In this document: positions 54,892 through 63,910 of the stretch, one piece after another | Layout: each line of letters opens with the position of its first letter | Position numbering within the stretch: position 1 is the stretch's first letter | Virus record (IMG/VR): IMGVR_UViG_3300029049_000006 | Direction: 5' to 3' (one strand) | Length of the DNA stretch: 64,000 bases | Source of the DNA: a virus | Position numbers and translations under genes: made by a program | The notes under the pieces: model-generated | Database searches by the model: none | The model's input: the letters and a program-made list of their open reading frames with translations, nothing else | What the model was told of the DNA's origin: nothing

Positions 54892-56033
54892 AGACAACCA
54901 CTGCAACGAAAGACTGCCTGACAATGGCAGCCAATAAACTGACGCAATCCACCACTCCGACACTATCAGCTAAAGAGGCGAAAGCGCTGGCTAAGGCGGG
55001 AGTCGTCCCGGAATTAAAATGGGGCGGCGATTCGTTCATGTATTTCCCCGGCATCGATATTGACCCGGTAAACCTCCTGATGCCGCTGACCGCCGTGAAC
55101 CCGGTGACGGCTCCCGGAGTGGAACCCAGGTACTGGCTGATGGGTGTGACAGTACACGGAGGCTACGCTATGGCCACCGACGCTTCCTCTGCCGCCGCCA
55201 TTTTCACCGGGACCGACATTGCGGAGGGGATATACTACAATTCCGAACGGTCGCGCTACCTTGACGCCTGCCCTCTGAGCGTTCATTCCACTGGCGAAAG
55301 CGGCGTTCAAATCCATGCCATGCTGAAAACACACCTGGATAACTCCGCAAGAGCTAAAAAAATCGTACACCGGCTTTCCATGCGTCATCTGGCCCAAATG
55401 AAACAGCTGGCAACCTACAGCTACCGGGAGGAATCGGAACCGGAAAAAGTGAAGTTCCCCCTTGTGGGCATCCTCGACAGATATTACGATTCCCGGAGGC
55501 TGGCCGCCATAGCCGACATTATTGCGTACAGCATTCCCGCTTACTGCCTTAATTCCGGAAAATACCGCATTTTCATGACCGCCGCCGATTCCACGGCCAA
55601 CATTCCGCTGACATTCAAAGTGTGGGACGACACCCCGGAAGAAAAGCCCAAGCTCCTGTGTGTGGCGGCCGTCATGCCGCTGCTGGAATCCGGCAGGAAA
55701 AAAGGGGCGGCAGACCACATCGCATGGACGTTCCGAGAAAACCCGGAAGAAGCGGCAAATGCCGTGGACCTGCCGGAACGGGGCATGGGAACGCCTGTTG
55801 CGTACCCGGTCCCGAACGGAAACGGCGCAATCTGCGTACAGATTCCGGAAGAGGCCTTCCTGCATGCGGCTCCGGGCCAGTCGTGCACAATGGTGTATAT
55901 GACCAGACCGCAGGCGCAGCTTGCCCTGGCTGCCCTGTCTGCCGCCTTGCAGGATAAGCCCGCCATTGTCAACGGGAAGGAAAACGGGGACAATCCGGCC
56001 CCGCCAGCCCGTACACGAGTATCTCGCCGATAA
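54888..56033 (+). CDS. hypothetical protein
   Basis: 381 aa ATG ORF. Confidence 0.45.
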   Translation: MKTTTATKDCLTMAANKLTQSTTPTLSAKEAKALAKAGVVPELKWGGDSFMYFPGIDIDPVNLLMPLTAVNPVTAPGVEPRYWLMGVTVHGGYAMATDASSAAAIFTGTDIAEGIYYNSERSRYLDACPLSVHSTGESGVQIHAMLKTHLDNSARAKKIVHRLSMRHLAQMKQLATYSYREESEPEKVKFPLVGILDRYYDSRRLAAIADIIAYSIPAYCLNSGKYRIFMTAADSTANIPLTFKVWDDTPEEKPKLLCVAAVMPLLESGRKKGAADHIAWTFRENPEEAANAVDLPERGMGTPVAYPVPNGNGAICVQIPEEAFLHAAPGQSCTMVYMTRPQAQLALAALSAALQDKPAIVNGKENGDNPAPPARTRVSRR

Positions 56034-56066
56034 TTAACCGTACCCGAATAAAAAACCTTTTTGAAA

Positions 56067-56083
56067 TTTGCAATCATTGCAAA
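56067..56083. repeat. intergenic palindrome, copy 18
   Basis: Perfect copy. Confidence 0.9.
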
Positions 56084-56124
56084 TTTCGGAACCAACAACA
56101 CCAACCATAACAATCCATACTAAC

Positions 56125-56520
56125 ATGATTACAAAAGACACCTGCCGGACGCTGGAAAGCCTGCTGGAAGCATTGCCTTCCTCCAAGGACCGCCGCCGGG
56201 CCAATGTGTGGTACCAATCCGCCCTGTCCGCCGCAGCCACCATCCACCGGGAATGCCCTTATCTGGCCGTACAGATATCCATCGAGGATAAAAGGCCCGT
56301 GTGCCACATCAACGTGCTTAGCCTGAAACCCATGAACGAGGGATTGACCAGAGACACCAAAACCGTAACGGAAACGGTCGGCTATCTGCAGATTGACCTG
56401 ACTTGCCGCTTCCAGGTGACGGACCGGGGGTTGGACGATGACGAAGACCCGGAAGACCAGTACAACCAGGCCGAAGAACTGCTTGATTTTACCACCGACA
56501 TCATTAACACGTATGCCTAA
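56125..56520 (+). CDS. hypothetical protein
   Basis: ATG 56125 (MITKDTCRTLESLLE...). The track ORF starts at TTG 56068 inside palindrome copy 18. Confidence 0.4.
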   Translation: MITKDTCRTLESLLEALPSSKDRRRANVWYQSALSAAATIHRECPYLAVQISIEDKRPVCHINVLSLKPMNEGLTRDTKTVTETVGYLQIDLTCRFQVTDRGLDDDEDPEDQYNQAEELLDFTTDIINTYA

Positions 56521-57079
56521 AAATCACTACAAACCGGGTACAGCGGTACTAGTCCGGGGAATTGTCGTAGGAGAATATAACCCCGATGATGGTAATGCTT
56601 CCGTTTCCGTAAGGCTTAATACCCATATGGATTATGGGCGTAATATACTGTTTTCCCCGGATAAGCTGGAAAAGGTTAAACCTGCTTCCAACAGGAGATT
56701 CCGGAAAGGGGACAAGGTACGCCTTATTTACAGAGGCCGAGAGGCCCCGGAAGGGTTGCGGTATGATAAAATCTACACTGTGACGGAGAATGAAACCGCA
56801 TATGGCCTGTGCCGCCTTACTGATGGCGTTGCAAATTATTCCTGCCTGGAATTAGTTGAAGCAGCCGAAGAATCCTACGACATTCCTTTCCACGAGGCGG
56901 TGCGCCTGATGGGTGAAGGAAAAATACTGGAACGGATACGCAATGGTAATACTCTTCAATACCGGCTGGTTGACGGGAATATCCAATATTCAAATGCCGA
57001 CATAGAGGGAACCCCAGAATGGAGGTCCATAATATTTTGGGGGGAGGACATCAACGCAAAATGGAGAATTGTCAAATAA
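56513..57079 (+). CDS. hypothetical protein
   Basis: ATG 56513 (MPKNHYKPGTAVLV...) overlapping the upstream stop. Track ORF from 56438. Confidence 0.4.
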   Translation: MPKNHYKPGTAVLVRGIVVGEYNPDDGNASVSVRLNTHMDYGRNILFSPDKLEKVKPASNRRFRKGDKVRLIYRGREAPEGLRYDKIYTVTENETAYGLCRLTDGVANYSCLELVEAAEESYDIPFHEAVRLMGEGKILERIRNGNTLQYRLVDGNIQYSNADIEGTPEWRSIIFWGEDINAKWRIVK

Positions 57080-57123
57080 CCCTGAATACAATGGACAAAG
57101 AAAATTGCAAACTGGAAACAAAG

Positions 57124-57441
57124 ATGCCTGCCACTGATTCAACCCCGGAACGCCCCACACGGTATTTGCGCCCTGTCGGGGACAAAGTGCTTGTCAGGCT
57201 GAAAGAGCGCGAATCCCGCATAGGCTCTATCATTATTCCCGATTCCGCCCAAAAGGAAAACTGCTGGGGGGAAATCGTGGCTCTGGGTACTGCCGTTGAC
57301 GCGGATATCTGCCATCTGGACCTGCACGACGTTGTTTATATCAGCCCCGCGCAGGGCACTTATCTTGTTTCCGGACAAAAGGACTTGATTCTTATCGAGG
57401 CCGGGCGCATTATGGCCAAGCTGCTTCCTGACGAGGATTAA
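57124..57441 (+). CDS. GroES-like co-chaperonin (Cpn10)
   Basis: LRPVGDKVLVRLKERESRIGSIIIPDSAQKENCWGEIVALG....DLHDVVYISPAQGTYL...DLILIEAGRIMA parallels GroES (LKPLGDRVLV...GGIVLPDSAKEKP..GEVVAVG). ATG 57124. Confidence 0.65.
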   Translation: MPATDSTPERPTRYLRPVGDKVLVRLKERESRIGSIIIPDSAQKENCWGEIVALGTAVDADICHLDLHDVVYISPAQGTYLVSGQKDLILIEAGRIMAKLLPDED

Positions 57442-57545
57442 AAAGCGGGTCTCAAGAAGAACAACAATAGGCCGCCCGTGGTTAAGTCTGTTTGACTAGT
57501 CACGGGCGGTCTTTTATATTGGAGGCCGCATATAACCTCCGCAAC

Positions 57546-58562
57546 ATGACCAATACCGCCAGCGCCCCCAAGATTGCCGCCCTGATGTCGTCCTACAAGC
57601 GCCCGAACGACCTTGTGAAACAGATTCTGGCCCTGCTCCACCAGACCTACGACTGCCATATTTTCGTTGCCGTGAAGGGCCTGTCCGAACGGGACATAGA
57701 CACCTGCATCCGCCCGCTTTTCGCCAAAGAGATTGAGGCCGGAAAGCTCCATCTGGCGTACTATTCTAACAAGAGCCAGTTCAACAACATTCTTGACTGC
57801 TACCGGGGCTTTGACATCGAGCAGTTTGACTTGTATTGCAAAATTGACGACGACGACATCTATTTTCCGACTTACCTTGAGGACGTAGCCAAGGCCGCCG
57901 CCAGCACCAGAAAGACGAACGGGGACTACTGCGGTTCCTGGTTTTCCGGGGGCCAGTGCCTGATTGCCCAAAAGTCGAACCAGAACGGAGTATTCTTTGA
58001 CCGGGTTCCGGCAAACAATTTCAACATGTTTGGAAATACCCTCTGCATGTCGCGGGAGGATATGCGGCAACTTTACGCTATTGAGGCTGACCCGTCCCTG
58101 CTCACCCCGGAACGCTACCCGTTCATGAATTCGTGGCATGTGGTGCTGGCCGGATTTGTCGAAGACGCGCTGATTCACCGCATCATCCAGGCTAACGGGG
58201 GCGTCAACCGCTATGACGTGCTGGCGGCAGGCAATCCGGATTCCTCCGTGCGTCCGCAACTCATCACTACCGGCTACGGTTCGAGCGTCACCAGAGGCGG
58301 CTTGTACCAAAACGAGTTCTATCAGAAAAACGCCCGCCTCGGACAGTTGGAACAGGAATGGACCGTGTGCCTGTATCATCCGGACTGGGGCGGCAGGAAC
58401 TACAGGACATTCCGCCTGTTCAACGGCAGGGCCACCGATTTGCACAACATTGACCATGCCGGCTACAAGGAATTTGACGGCAATACGCTGGTGCTTAAAT
58501 GGGACAAATGGGGCACGGAAACTTTCGTCAAAAACTCCGAAGGCGTTTACTGCTTGAAATAG
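57546..58562 (+). CDS. GT-A-fold glycosyltransferase-like protein (GT2-like)
   Basis: IAALMSSYKRPNDLVKQILALLHQT (cf. GT2 vsviiPtyNrpe.L...L.Sl..Qt). DxD CKIDDDDIYF. ATG 57546 in track ORF 57492-58562. Confidence 0.5.
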   Translation: MTNTASAPKIAALMSSYKRPNDLVKQILALLHQTYDCHIFVAVKGLSERDIDTCIRPLFAKEIEAGKLHLAYYSNKSQFNNILDCYRGFDIEQFDLYCKIDDDDIYFPTYLEDVAKAAASTRKTNGDYCGSWFSGGQCLIAQKSNQNGVFFDRVPANNFNMFGNTLCMSREDMRQLYAIEADPSLLTPERYPFMNSWHVVLAGFVEDALIHRIIQANGGVNRYDVLAAGNPDSSVRPQLITTGYGSSVTRGGLYQNEFYQKNARLGQLEQEWTVCLYHPDWGGRNYRTFRLFNGRATDLHNIDHAGYKEFDGNTLVLKWDKWGTETFVKNSEGVYCLK

Positions 58563-58643
58563 AATGGAGATGCAAACCATTGTTTTTCTTGTCCGGCCTG
58601 TCTCCGGCGGTATAGTCAAGCGTAAGAACAGCTTTATTTTTTC

Positions 58644-60032
58644 ATGAGATTTCTTCCCTCTCTTTTCAGGCGGAAAGGCCACGAACAGCGGTTGTCCGTA
58701 GCATGGAACAGTCTGGATTCCCGCCAACGGTCGGTCCTCATGGAACTCGCGTCCTATCTCGGCAACGGCATTGACGGGGACCGGACAAACCTCCGGTATA
58801 TCGACCTGGTGAACCATGTCCGGGTGGACCCCCTGGACAGCTATGAAAAGTACATCAAAACAGGGACCGGCCAGGTATGGGCTACGTTTGTAGCCTGCAA
58901 TCTGGTGGCTAATGTTTTGGTGTCAACTACGTTCCAGGTTGTCAAATCCGGCTCCGATACGCCCCTTGACAGCACGCGCCACCCGCTGGCAAAGCTAATC
59001 GCGCAGCCGAATGAGTGGGACTCGTGGGAGGATTTAATCTATCAGTGGGTATTCCACATCAAACTGACCGGCAACGCGTACTGGCTGAAAAACCAAGTCA
59101 ACGGGTACGGGCAGCCCCTGGAACTGATTCCCCTGCTTCCGCAGTACGTCAAAATCATCCCTGACCAGACTTCCAGAATCAAGGAATACCAATACCAGGT
59201 CAATGGCCTGTGCATTACATACGCTCCGGAAGAAATTATCCATTTCCGGAGGCCCCACCCCAATTCCTTCATCCTTGGTCTGGGAGATATTGAGCCGTCA
59301 AAGTCATTGTATGAATCCTTTATTACCGGGGACGAGCTTCAAAAGCGGGTGTACTCCAATGGGGCCGTCATCAGCGGCGTATTGAGCAATGATTCCGATT
59401 TGCTCTCACAGGAGGAATTTGACCATGCCGTGGAGAGCTTCCGCTCCAAATACGAGGGGAAGAAAAACGCGGGAAAAACGGCGTTCCTTTCCGGCAAATG
59501 GAGCTATACCCGGCTCGGAATGACCAACAGCGAGCTTCAAAGCCTTGAGCGGGATAAGACCAGCGTTGAGCAGATATTCATCAATCACGGGGTTCCCCTT
59601 TCCGTTGCGGGCATTAAGGACGCCGCCAACTACGCCACATCCAAACAGGACGCTATCGCGTTCCGGAAACAGGCATGCCTTCCGCTGGCCGATATTCTTG
59701 TAGGCAAATTGAACTCGGAAAAAGGGCTGACACCCGCCTACCGGGATAAAACCCTGAAAATCGACTATAACATGTCTGGCCTCGTGGACATTGAGCAGAT
59801 GGTGAAGGAAAACCAGCCGTTGCTGGAATCCGGGGCGCTTACCCCGAACGAACTCCGGGAAAAGTGCGGCCTGTCCAGAGTTGACGACCCTTATCTTGAC
59901 CAGTATTTCATCAAATCGAATCTGGTTCCTATGGAACTGTCCGGGATGGGTATGGGAGAGTCGCTGGAAGAAAGCGCCCGAACGGTCGTGACCGGATTCA
60001 CCAAATCTCGTTGCGGCGGCCACCCGCATTGA
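58644..60032 (+). CDS. portal protein
   Basis: 462 aa. Position between the chaperonin and head-morphogenesis genes. Composition and size typical of HK97/SPP1-type portals. Motif-level support is weak. Confidence 0.55.
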   Translation: MRFLPSLFRRKGHEQRLSVAWNSLDSRQRSVLMELASYLGNGIDGDRTNLRYIDLVNHVRVDPLDSYEKYIKTGTGQVWATFVACNLVANVLVSTTFQVVKSGSDTPLDSTRHPLAKLIAQPNEWDSWEDLIYQWVFHIKLTGNAYWLKNQVNGYGQPLELIPLLPQYVKIIPDQTSRIKEYQYQVNGLCITYAPEEIIHFRRPHPNSFILGLGDIEPSKSLYESFITGDELQKRVYSNGAVISGVLSNDSDLLSQEEFDHAVESFRSKYEGKKNAGKTAFLSGKWSYTRLGMTNSELQSLERDKTSVEQIFINHGVPLSVAGIKDAANYATSKQDAIAFRKQACLPLADILVGKLNSEKGLTPAYRDKTLKIDYNMSGLVDIEQMVKENQPLLESGALTPNELREKCGLSRVDDPYLDQYFIKSNLVPMELSGMGMGESLEESARTVVTGFTKSRCGGHPH

Positions 60033-60049
60033 ACGCGCGTCGTGAACTT

Positions 60050-60694
60050 ATGGATTGGGAAACGACAATAAAAACCCTGCGGATGGCCGTGGACTGCATT
60101 GGCCCCACCATCACCGCCCTTGGGGCCATTGCCCTTTTTTTCAAGCGGGTGCGGAAGTACCTTTATCTGGTATTCATTCACAAGCCGGAAATGGACAGGA
60201 GGCTTTACGATAAAGTAGCCGAAATCCTGAATCGGATAGGAAAGATTGAATCCGAACTCCGTCTCAATGACGACTCCACCGTCAAGGATGCCGTTGCCCG
60301 GCTGGAAGCCTACAGGCGTTATTCCGCGACCAACTCCATGTCCCTGATTTTCGAGCTGGATAAAACCGGGAACATTGTGCTGGTCACGGACGCTTTATGC
60401 CAGCTGGTGGAAACGGTCAGGGCCGAAGACCTGAAAGGGCAGAACTGGCGGCAATTCGTCTATATCGAAGACGAACCCAGAGTGACGGCCAACCTGTGCA
60501 CCGCTGTGAAAACAGGCTCGTCCACCCGGACGAAAGTCCGCGTCATCAACAGCAACAACATATCCAGAGGCGACTGGTATGTCCGGCTTAATGCCGTTAC
60601 CCGGCCTGACAACTCCGTCATCATGTATATCGGGCTTTTGTACCCGGCTGACGAACTGGCCACCAGCATCTACACGGAAAACAACTGGAAATAG
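60050..60694 (+). CDS. hypothetical protein with N-terminal TM segment
   Basis: ATG 60050. TITALGAIALFF hydrophobic helix. Confidence 0.4.
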   Translation: MDWETTIKTLRMAVDCIGPTITALGAIALFFKRVRKYLYLVFIHKPEMDRRLYDKVAEILNRIGKIESELRLNDDSTVKDAVARLEAYRRYSATNSMSLIFELDKTGNIVLVTDALCQLVETVRAEDLKGQNWRQFVYIEDEPRVTANLCTAVKTGSSTRTKVRVINSNNISRGDWYVRLNAVTRPDNSVIMYIGLLYPADELATSIYTENNWK

Positions 60695-60717
60695 CGTTTT
60701 TTCCGTGGTATTGAAAA

Positions 60718-60734
60718 TTTGCAATCATTGCAAA
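60718..60734. repeat. intergenic palindrome, copy 19
   Basis: Perfect copy upstream of the Mu-F-like gene. Confidence 0.9.
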
Positions 60735-60744
60735 AATACCCGCC

Positions 60745-62985
60745 ATGCCGCCCATACGCACCGCAACGTTCAGAAAAGCTTCCCCGGCCCTGCTTTTTAA
60801 ATCCTACCGGCAATCCAAGGTTCCGGAAGGCGGCTGGACGCAGGAAAGCTTTTACACGGAAAACGGCGTTCGGCTGGTGCAGGACTGGGTGAAAATGAAC
60901 CGCTCTGCGACGACAAAAAACGCGAGAATGCTTGCCCGGACGCTGAAAGCCCTGATTGAAAAAATACTCTACGAGATTGCCGACCGCATGGAAGGCATTG
61001 CGGAGTTGTCCGAAAAGAAGCACCCGCACACGTACCAGCGAAAAACTACCGTGTTATCCGGAGTATGGGGCAACATCATCAATGAAGTCCTGCACGATTT
61101 TTCCGGGGACGTGCAAGAGGCCGTCCAGCCCTACATGCAAAGCACGGCTGATGACGTTGTGGACAAGGGGCGGCAACTGCTTGGGTCAACTGTGAACAGG
61201 ACGGACACCACAACAATTAACAATTCCGTGCGTCAGGCCGCCAGGGAGATAACCAGCGTGCCGAACACCATCCGGGACCGGATTAACCGCATCATCCAGC
61301 GTGAGCATGACAAGGGGTCCTCGGTGTTCGACACGATTGCCGCCGTGCGCCGACAAACCCCCTCATTGGCCGCTGGCCGCATTGCCACAATCGTCCGCAC
61401 CGAACTTGGACGGGCTGCGGACATTGCCAATATTCAGGCGGCTATGGAAGGGACCTGCACGCACATGTCGGTTATCGGGTGTGAAACCATTGAACGCACC
61501 TACACCTACCGGGGCCTGCCGACGTGCAATATCCAAAACGTTCCCATCAACGAATGCATGAACGTCCGGTTCCATCCGAACCATACCGGGTGCTGGGTTC
61601 CTTCGGCATTCAGACAGTCGGACGGTTCAACCCCGGAACTGGACCCCCGCAGCAATTCCGGCCACGGGACTTTTGAGGAACAGCGGGAAAACCCGGAAGG
61701 GAACAGCGCCCCGTTCCTGAATCCAAGACCGGCCCCCGGCCCGGAAATGGAAAACCCGGTAACATTGGCTCCCACGCCGGAACCGCCCCCGGCCCCTATA
61801 GACATTCTTCCCCAGGGGTCATTGTCGCCAGTGCTGCCGACCACTCCGGAAAACTGCGGTGCGCCGGTTATCGGAAGGCCGCTTCCGTCTGGGAAGCCGC
61901 CTAAAAATGTGCTTGATTTTGACACGCTTCCGGCGACCTACCAGGACACAGAAGAAGTGCGCAATGCCGTCAGGGTGATTCGCAATCACGCCAGTTCCGC
62001 GACAAGGTTTAACGCGAATGATGAGGACATTTACAACTTTTTCCGAACGGTCGGAGTTCTCCCGGATGCTATGGAATCCCTCTTGTTGCAGGACATCCCC
62101 ATCAATCTGGCGGACACCACCGAACTGGTCATCCGCGCAGGACGCACCTTTGACTGCATTGGAAGCGTAGGCGGAAAGCAGTCATTTTTGTACCGGCGCA
62201 CCATATGCGTGGATGAACAGGGCAAATTGTACATCCACCACAACAGCTTTGAATTGTGGGCGCAATATCAGGGGAACGGGTACGCGAGAAAACTGCTGCA
62301 AAACCAGATTAACTTTTACGACGCTATCGGGGCCGAATATATCACACTGGCGGCCAACATTGACGTTGGAGCCTACGCGTGGGCCAGATACGGATTTTAC
62401 CTGACTGGCAGCGGCGCGGAAATGCTGACAAGGCAGCTGAAACGGAACTGGAACAGGATAATCACCAAAGACCTTGCCCCGGCCAACCCGTCAGACCGGG
62501 AAGCGTTCGATGCGTCGGTAGTCCGGCTGGAACGGATTGTAAACAAAGACCCGATGGATTCCAAAGACCTTTGGGCCATTGCGTCCGAACAGGTCAAAGT
62601 GCGTACCCCCGGAGGCCAGGAACGGAAACTGGGCTATCATGTGCTGACCGGAACCTTCTACGATGCCCAGCTGGATTTGAACAATCCGGAACAGTACGCG
62701 CGGCTGGTGTCGTACATCAGCCACAATCCTACGATTACCAAGGGGCGGGAGCTGTACTCCCTTGTTGACGGGCATCAGCAGGATGCCATGCTTCATGCGG
62801 AGTTCCTTTCCAGCGTATGGGGGAATTTCCGTGCCGACTTTGCCGGGGTGGAACAGGCCATACGTTCCGGATGCCCGGAAGACGAGGCGTTGTGGCTTTA
62901 TGCGTCCCCGGAATCCGTGGCGCTCATGGCCCCGCAACTGCCGCAGGAATTGTACACCCGCTATCTGGCCCTTCTAAACCGATGA
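60745..62985 (+). CDS. Mu-F/SPP1-gp7-like head morphogenesis protein with C-terminal GNAT-like domain
   Basis: AAGRIATIVRTELGRAADIANIQA matches the Mu-F motif (RAxxIARTExxRA). C-terminal QGNGYARKLL (GNAT motif A Q/RxxGxG/A) and NIDVGAYAWARYGF (motif B). Confidence 0.55.
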   Translation: MPPIRTATFRKASPALLFKSYRQSKVPEGGWTQESFYTENGVRLVQDWVKMNRSATTKNARMLARTLKALIEKILYEIADRMEGIAELSEKKHPHTYQRKTTVLSGVWGNIINEVLHDFSGDVQEAVQPYMQSTADDVVDKGRQLLGSTVNRTDTTTINNSVRQAAREITSVPNTIRDRINRIIQREHDKGSSVFDTIAAVRRQTPSLAAGRIATIVRTELGRAADIANIQAAMEGTCTHMSVIGCETIERTYTYRGLPTCNIQNVPINECMNVRFHPNHTGCWVPSAFRQSDGSTPELDPRSNSGHGTFEEQRENPEGNSAPFLNPRPAPGPEMENPVTLAPTPEPPPAPIDILPQGSLSPVLPTTPENCGAPVIGRPLPSGKPPKNVLDFDTLPATYQDTEEVRNAVRVIRNHASSATRFNANDEDIYNFFRTVGVLPDAMESLLLQDIPINLADTTELVIRAGRTFDCIGSVGGKQSFLYRRTICVDEQGKLYIHHNSFELWAQYQGNGYARKLLQNQINFYDAIGAEYITLAANIDVGAYAWARYGFYLTGSGAEMLTRQLKRNWNRIITKDLAPANPSDREAFDASVVRLERIVNKDPMDSKDLWAIASEQVKVRTPGGQERKLGYHVLTGTFYDAQLDLNNPEQYARLVSYISHNPTITKGRELYSLVDGHQQDAMLHAEFLSSVWGNFRADFAGVEQAIRSGCPEDEALWLYASPESVALMAPQLPQELYTRYLALLNR

Positions 62986-63698
62986 ACTTTGTCTGGCTCA
63001 ACAACCAATTCGGCAACCAGATATGGCAGATTGCCGTGGCGACGTTTTTTTTTGGAAGGGGGAACTTTGCCGCGATAACCTCCTATGCCGTGCCGCTGAA
63101 AGGAATTGGCTTCCACGCATTTCTGCACGTGCCCTGTTTTCCGTTCAACCGGGAGACAAGCGCCCTCGCCCCGCAAACGGTTTACGTCAAAAGAGGGGTT
63201 CCCATTCCTCGCGGCACAAACTCCATCAGTGACGGGCAGTTGCAGGACGTAGCCTATTTGCGTAATCTGGATGCCCGCCAGTTATTGACGTTTGACGGCA
63301 TTGACAACGATTTCCGCATTGTCCATGTCCGGGGCGGCGATTTTTTTACCAGCAAGCCGCACAGGCCCTACGTCAAAAACCGGGACTGGTATCTTAAAGC
63401 CATTGACGCTGTGCCCGATATGCGGAAGCACCGGGACAAAACAGTATTGCTTACAAACGACAAAAAATACGCGGGGAAAATCCTTCCCGAATTTCCCATA
63501 CTGGACGTGCCGCCCTTGACTGCGTTCCGGCTGATGATGGGCTGTCGCTCTCTGGTTATATCCGCGTCATCCTTTGGCTGGTGGGCCGGGTATCTGAATC
63601 CGTCAGCGCAGATTGCCGCTCCTTCCCGGTGGTGCGGCGCCGGAGAGGATTCGGCGAAATATTACGGGCATAGCCGCTTGATGTTCATACCTGATTAA
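62982..63698 (+). CDS. glycosyltransferase, GT11 (alpha-1,2-fucosyltransferase)-like
   Basis: N-terminal LNNQFGNQIWQIAVA (cf. GGLGNQMFQYA). C-terminal SSFGWWAGYLNP (cf. STFSWWAAYL). ATG 62982 overlaps the upstream stop. Confidence 0.5.
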   Translation: MNFVWLNNQFGNQIWQIAVATFFFGRGNFAAITSYAVPLKGIGFHAFLHVPCFPFNRETSALAPQTVYVKRGVPIPRGTNSISDGQLQDVAYLRNLDARQLLTFDGIDNDFRIVHVRGGDFFTSKPHRPYVKNRDWYLKAIDAVPDMRKHRDKTVLLTNDKKYAGKILPEFPILDVPPLTAFRLMMGCRSLVISASSFGWWAGYLNPSAQIAAPSRWCGAGEDSAKYYGHSRLMFIPD

Positions 63699-63715
63699 CC
63701 CGGCAGACCGGCAAA

Positions 63716-63732
63716 TTTGCAATGATTGCAAA
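63716..63732. repeat. intergenic palindrome, copy 20
   Basis: Perfect copy after the GT11-like gene. Confidence 0.9.
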
Positions 63733-63910
63733 TTCATTTGTATGGACCGAAAATGATTATATAAACTTTTTCCTTATTTTCGTTTTTCGTCATTTGCCCT
63801 ATGGTCAAATAGTTCCTTCCCGCGAGGGTCGGGAACCCTGAAAACTTCCTGTGGTTTTCAGGAGCATCACAATTAAGCAGGACAAAAACCAAATAGAAAG
63901 ACAGCACAAA

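Noticed and set aside
57438-58817. 459-aa minus-strand ORF
   Set aside because: Completely overlaps the + strand GT2-like gene, whose product has recognisable motifs. The minus ORF is a typical GC-rich shadow ORF with no motif content.
7003-63732. The palindromic repeats as a CRISPR array
   Set aside because: Spacing is irregular (0.7-6 kb) and each 'spacer' contains whole genes. The repeat is a perfect palindrome, shorter than CRISPR repeats, and there are no cas genes (the Cas4-like nuclease stands alone).
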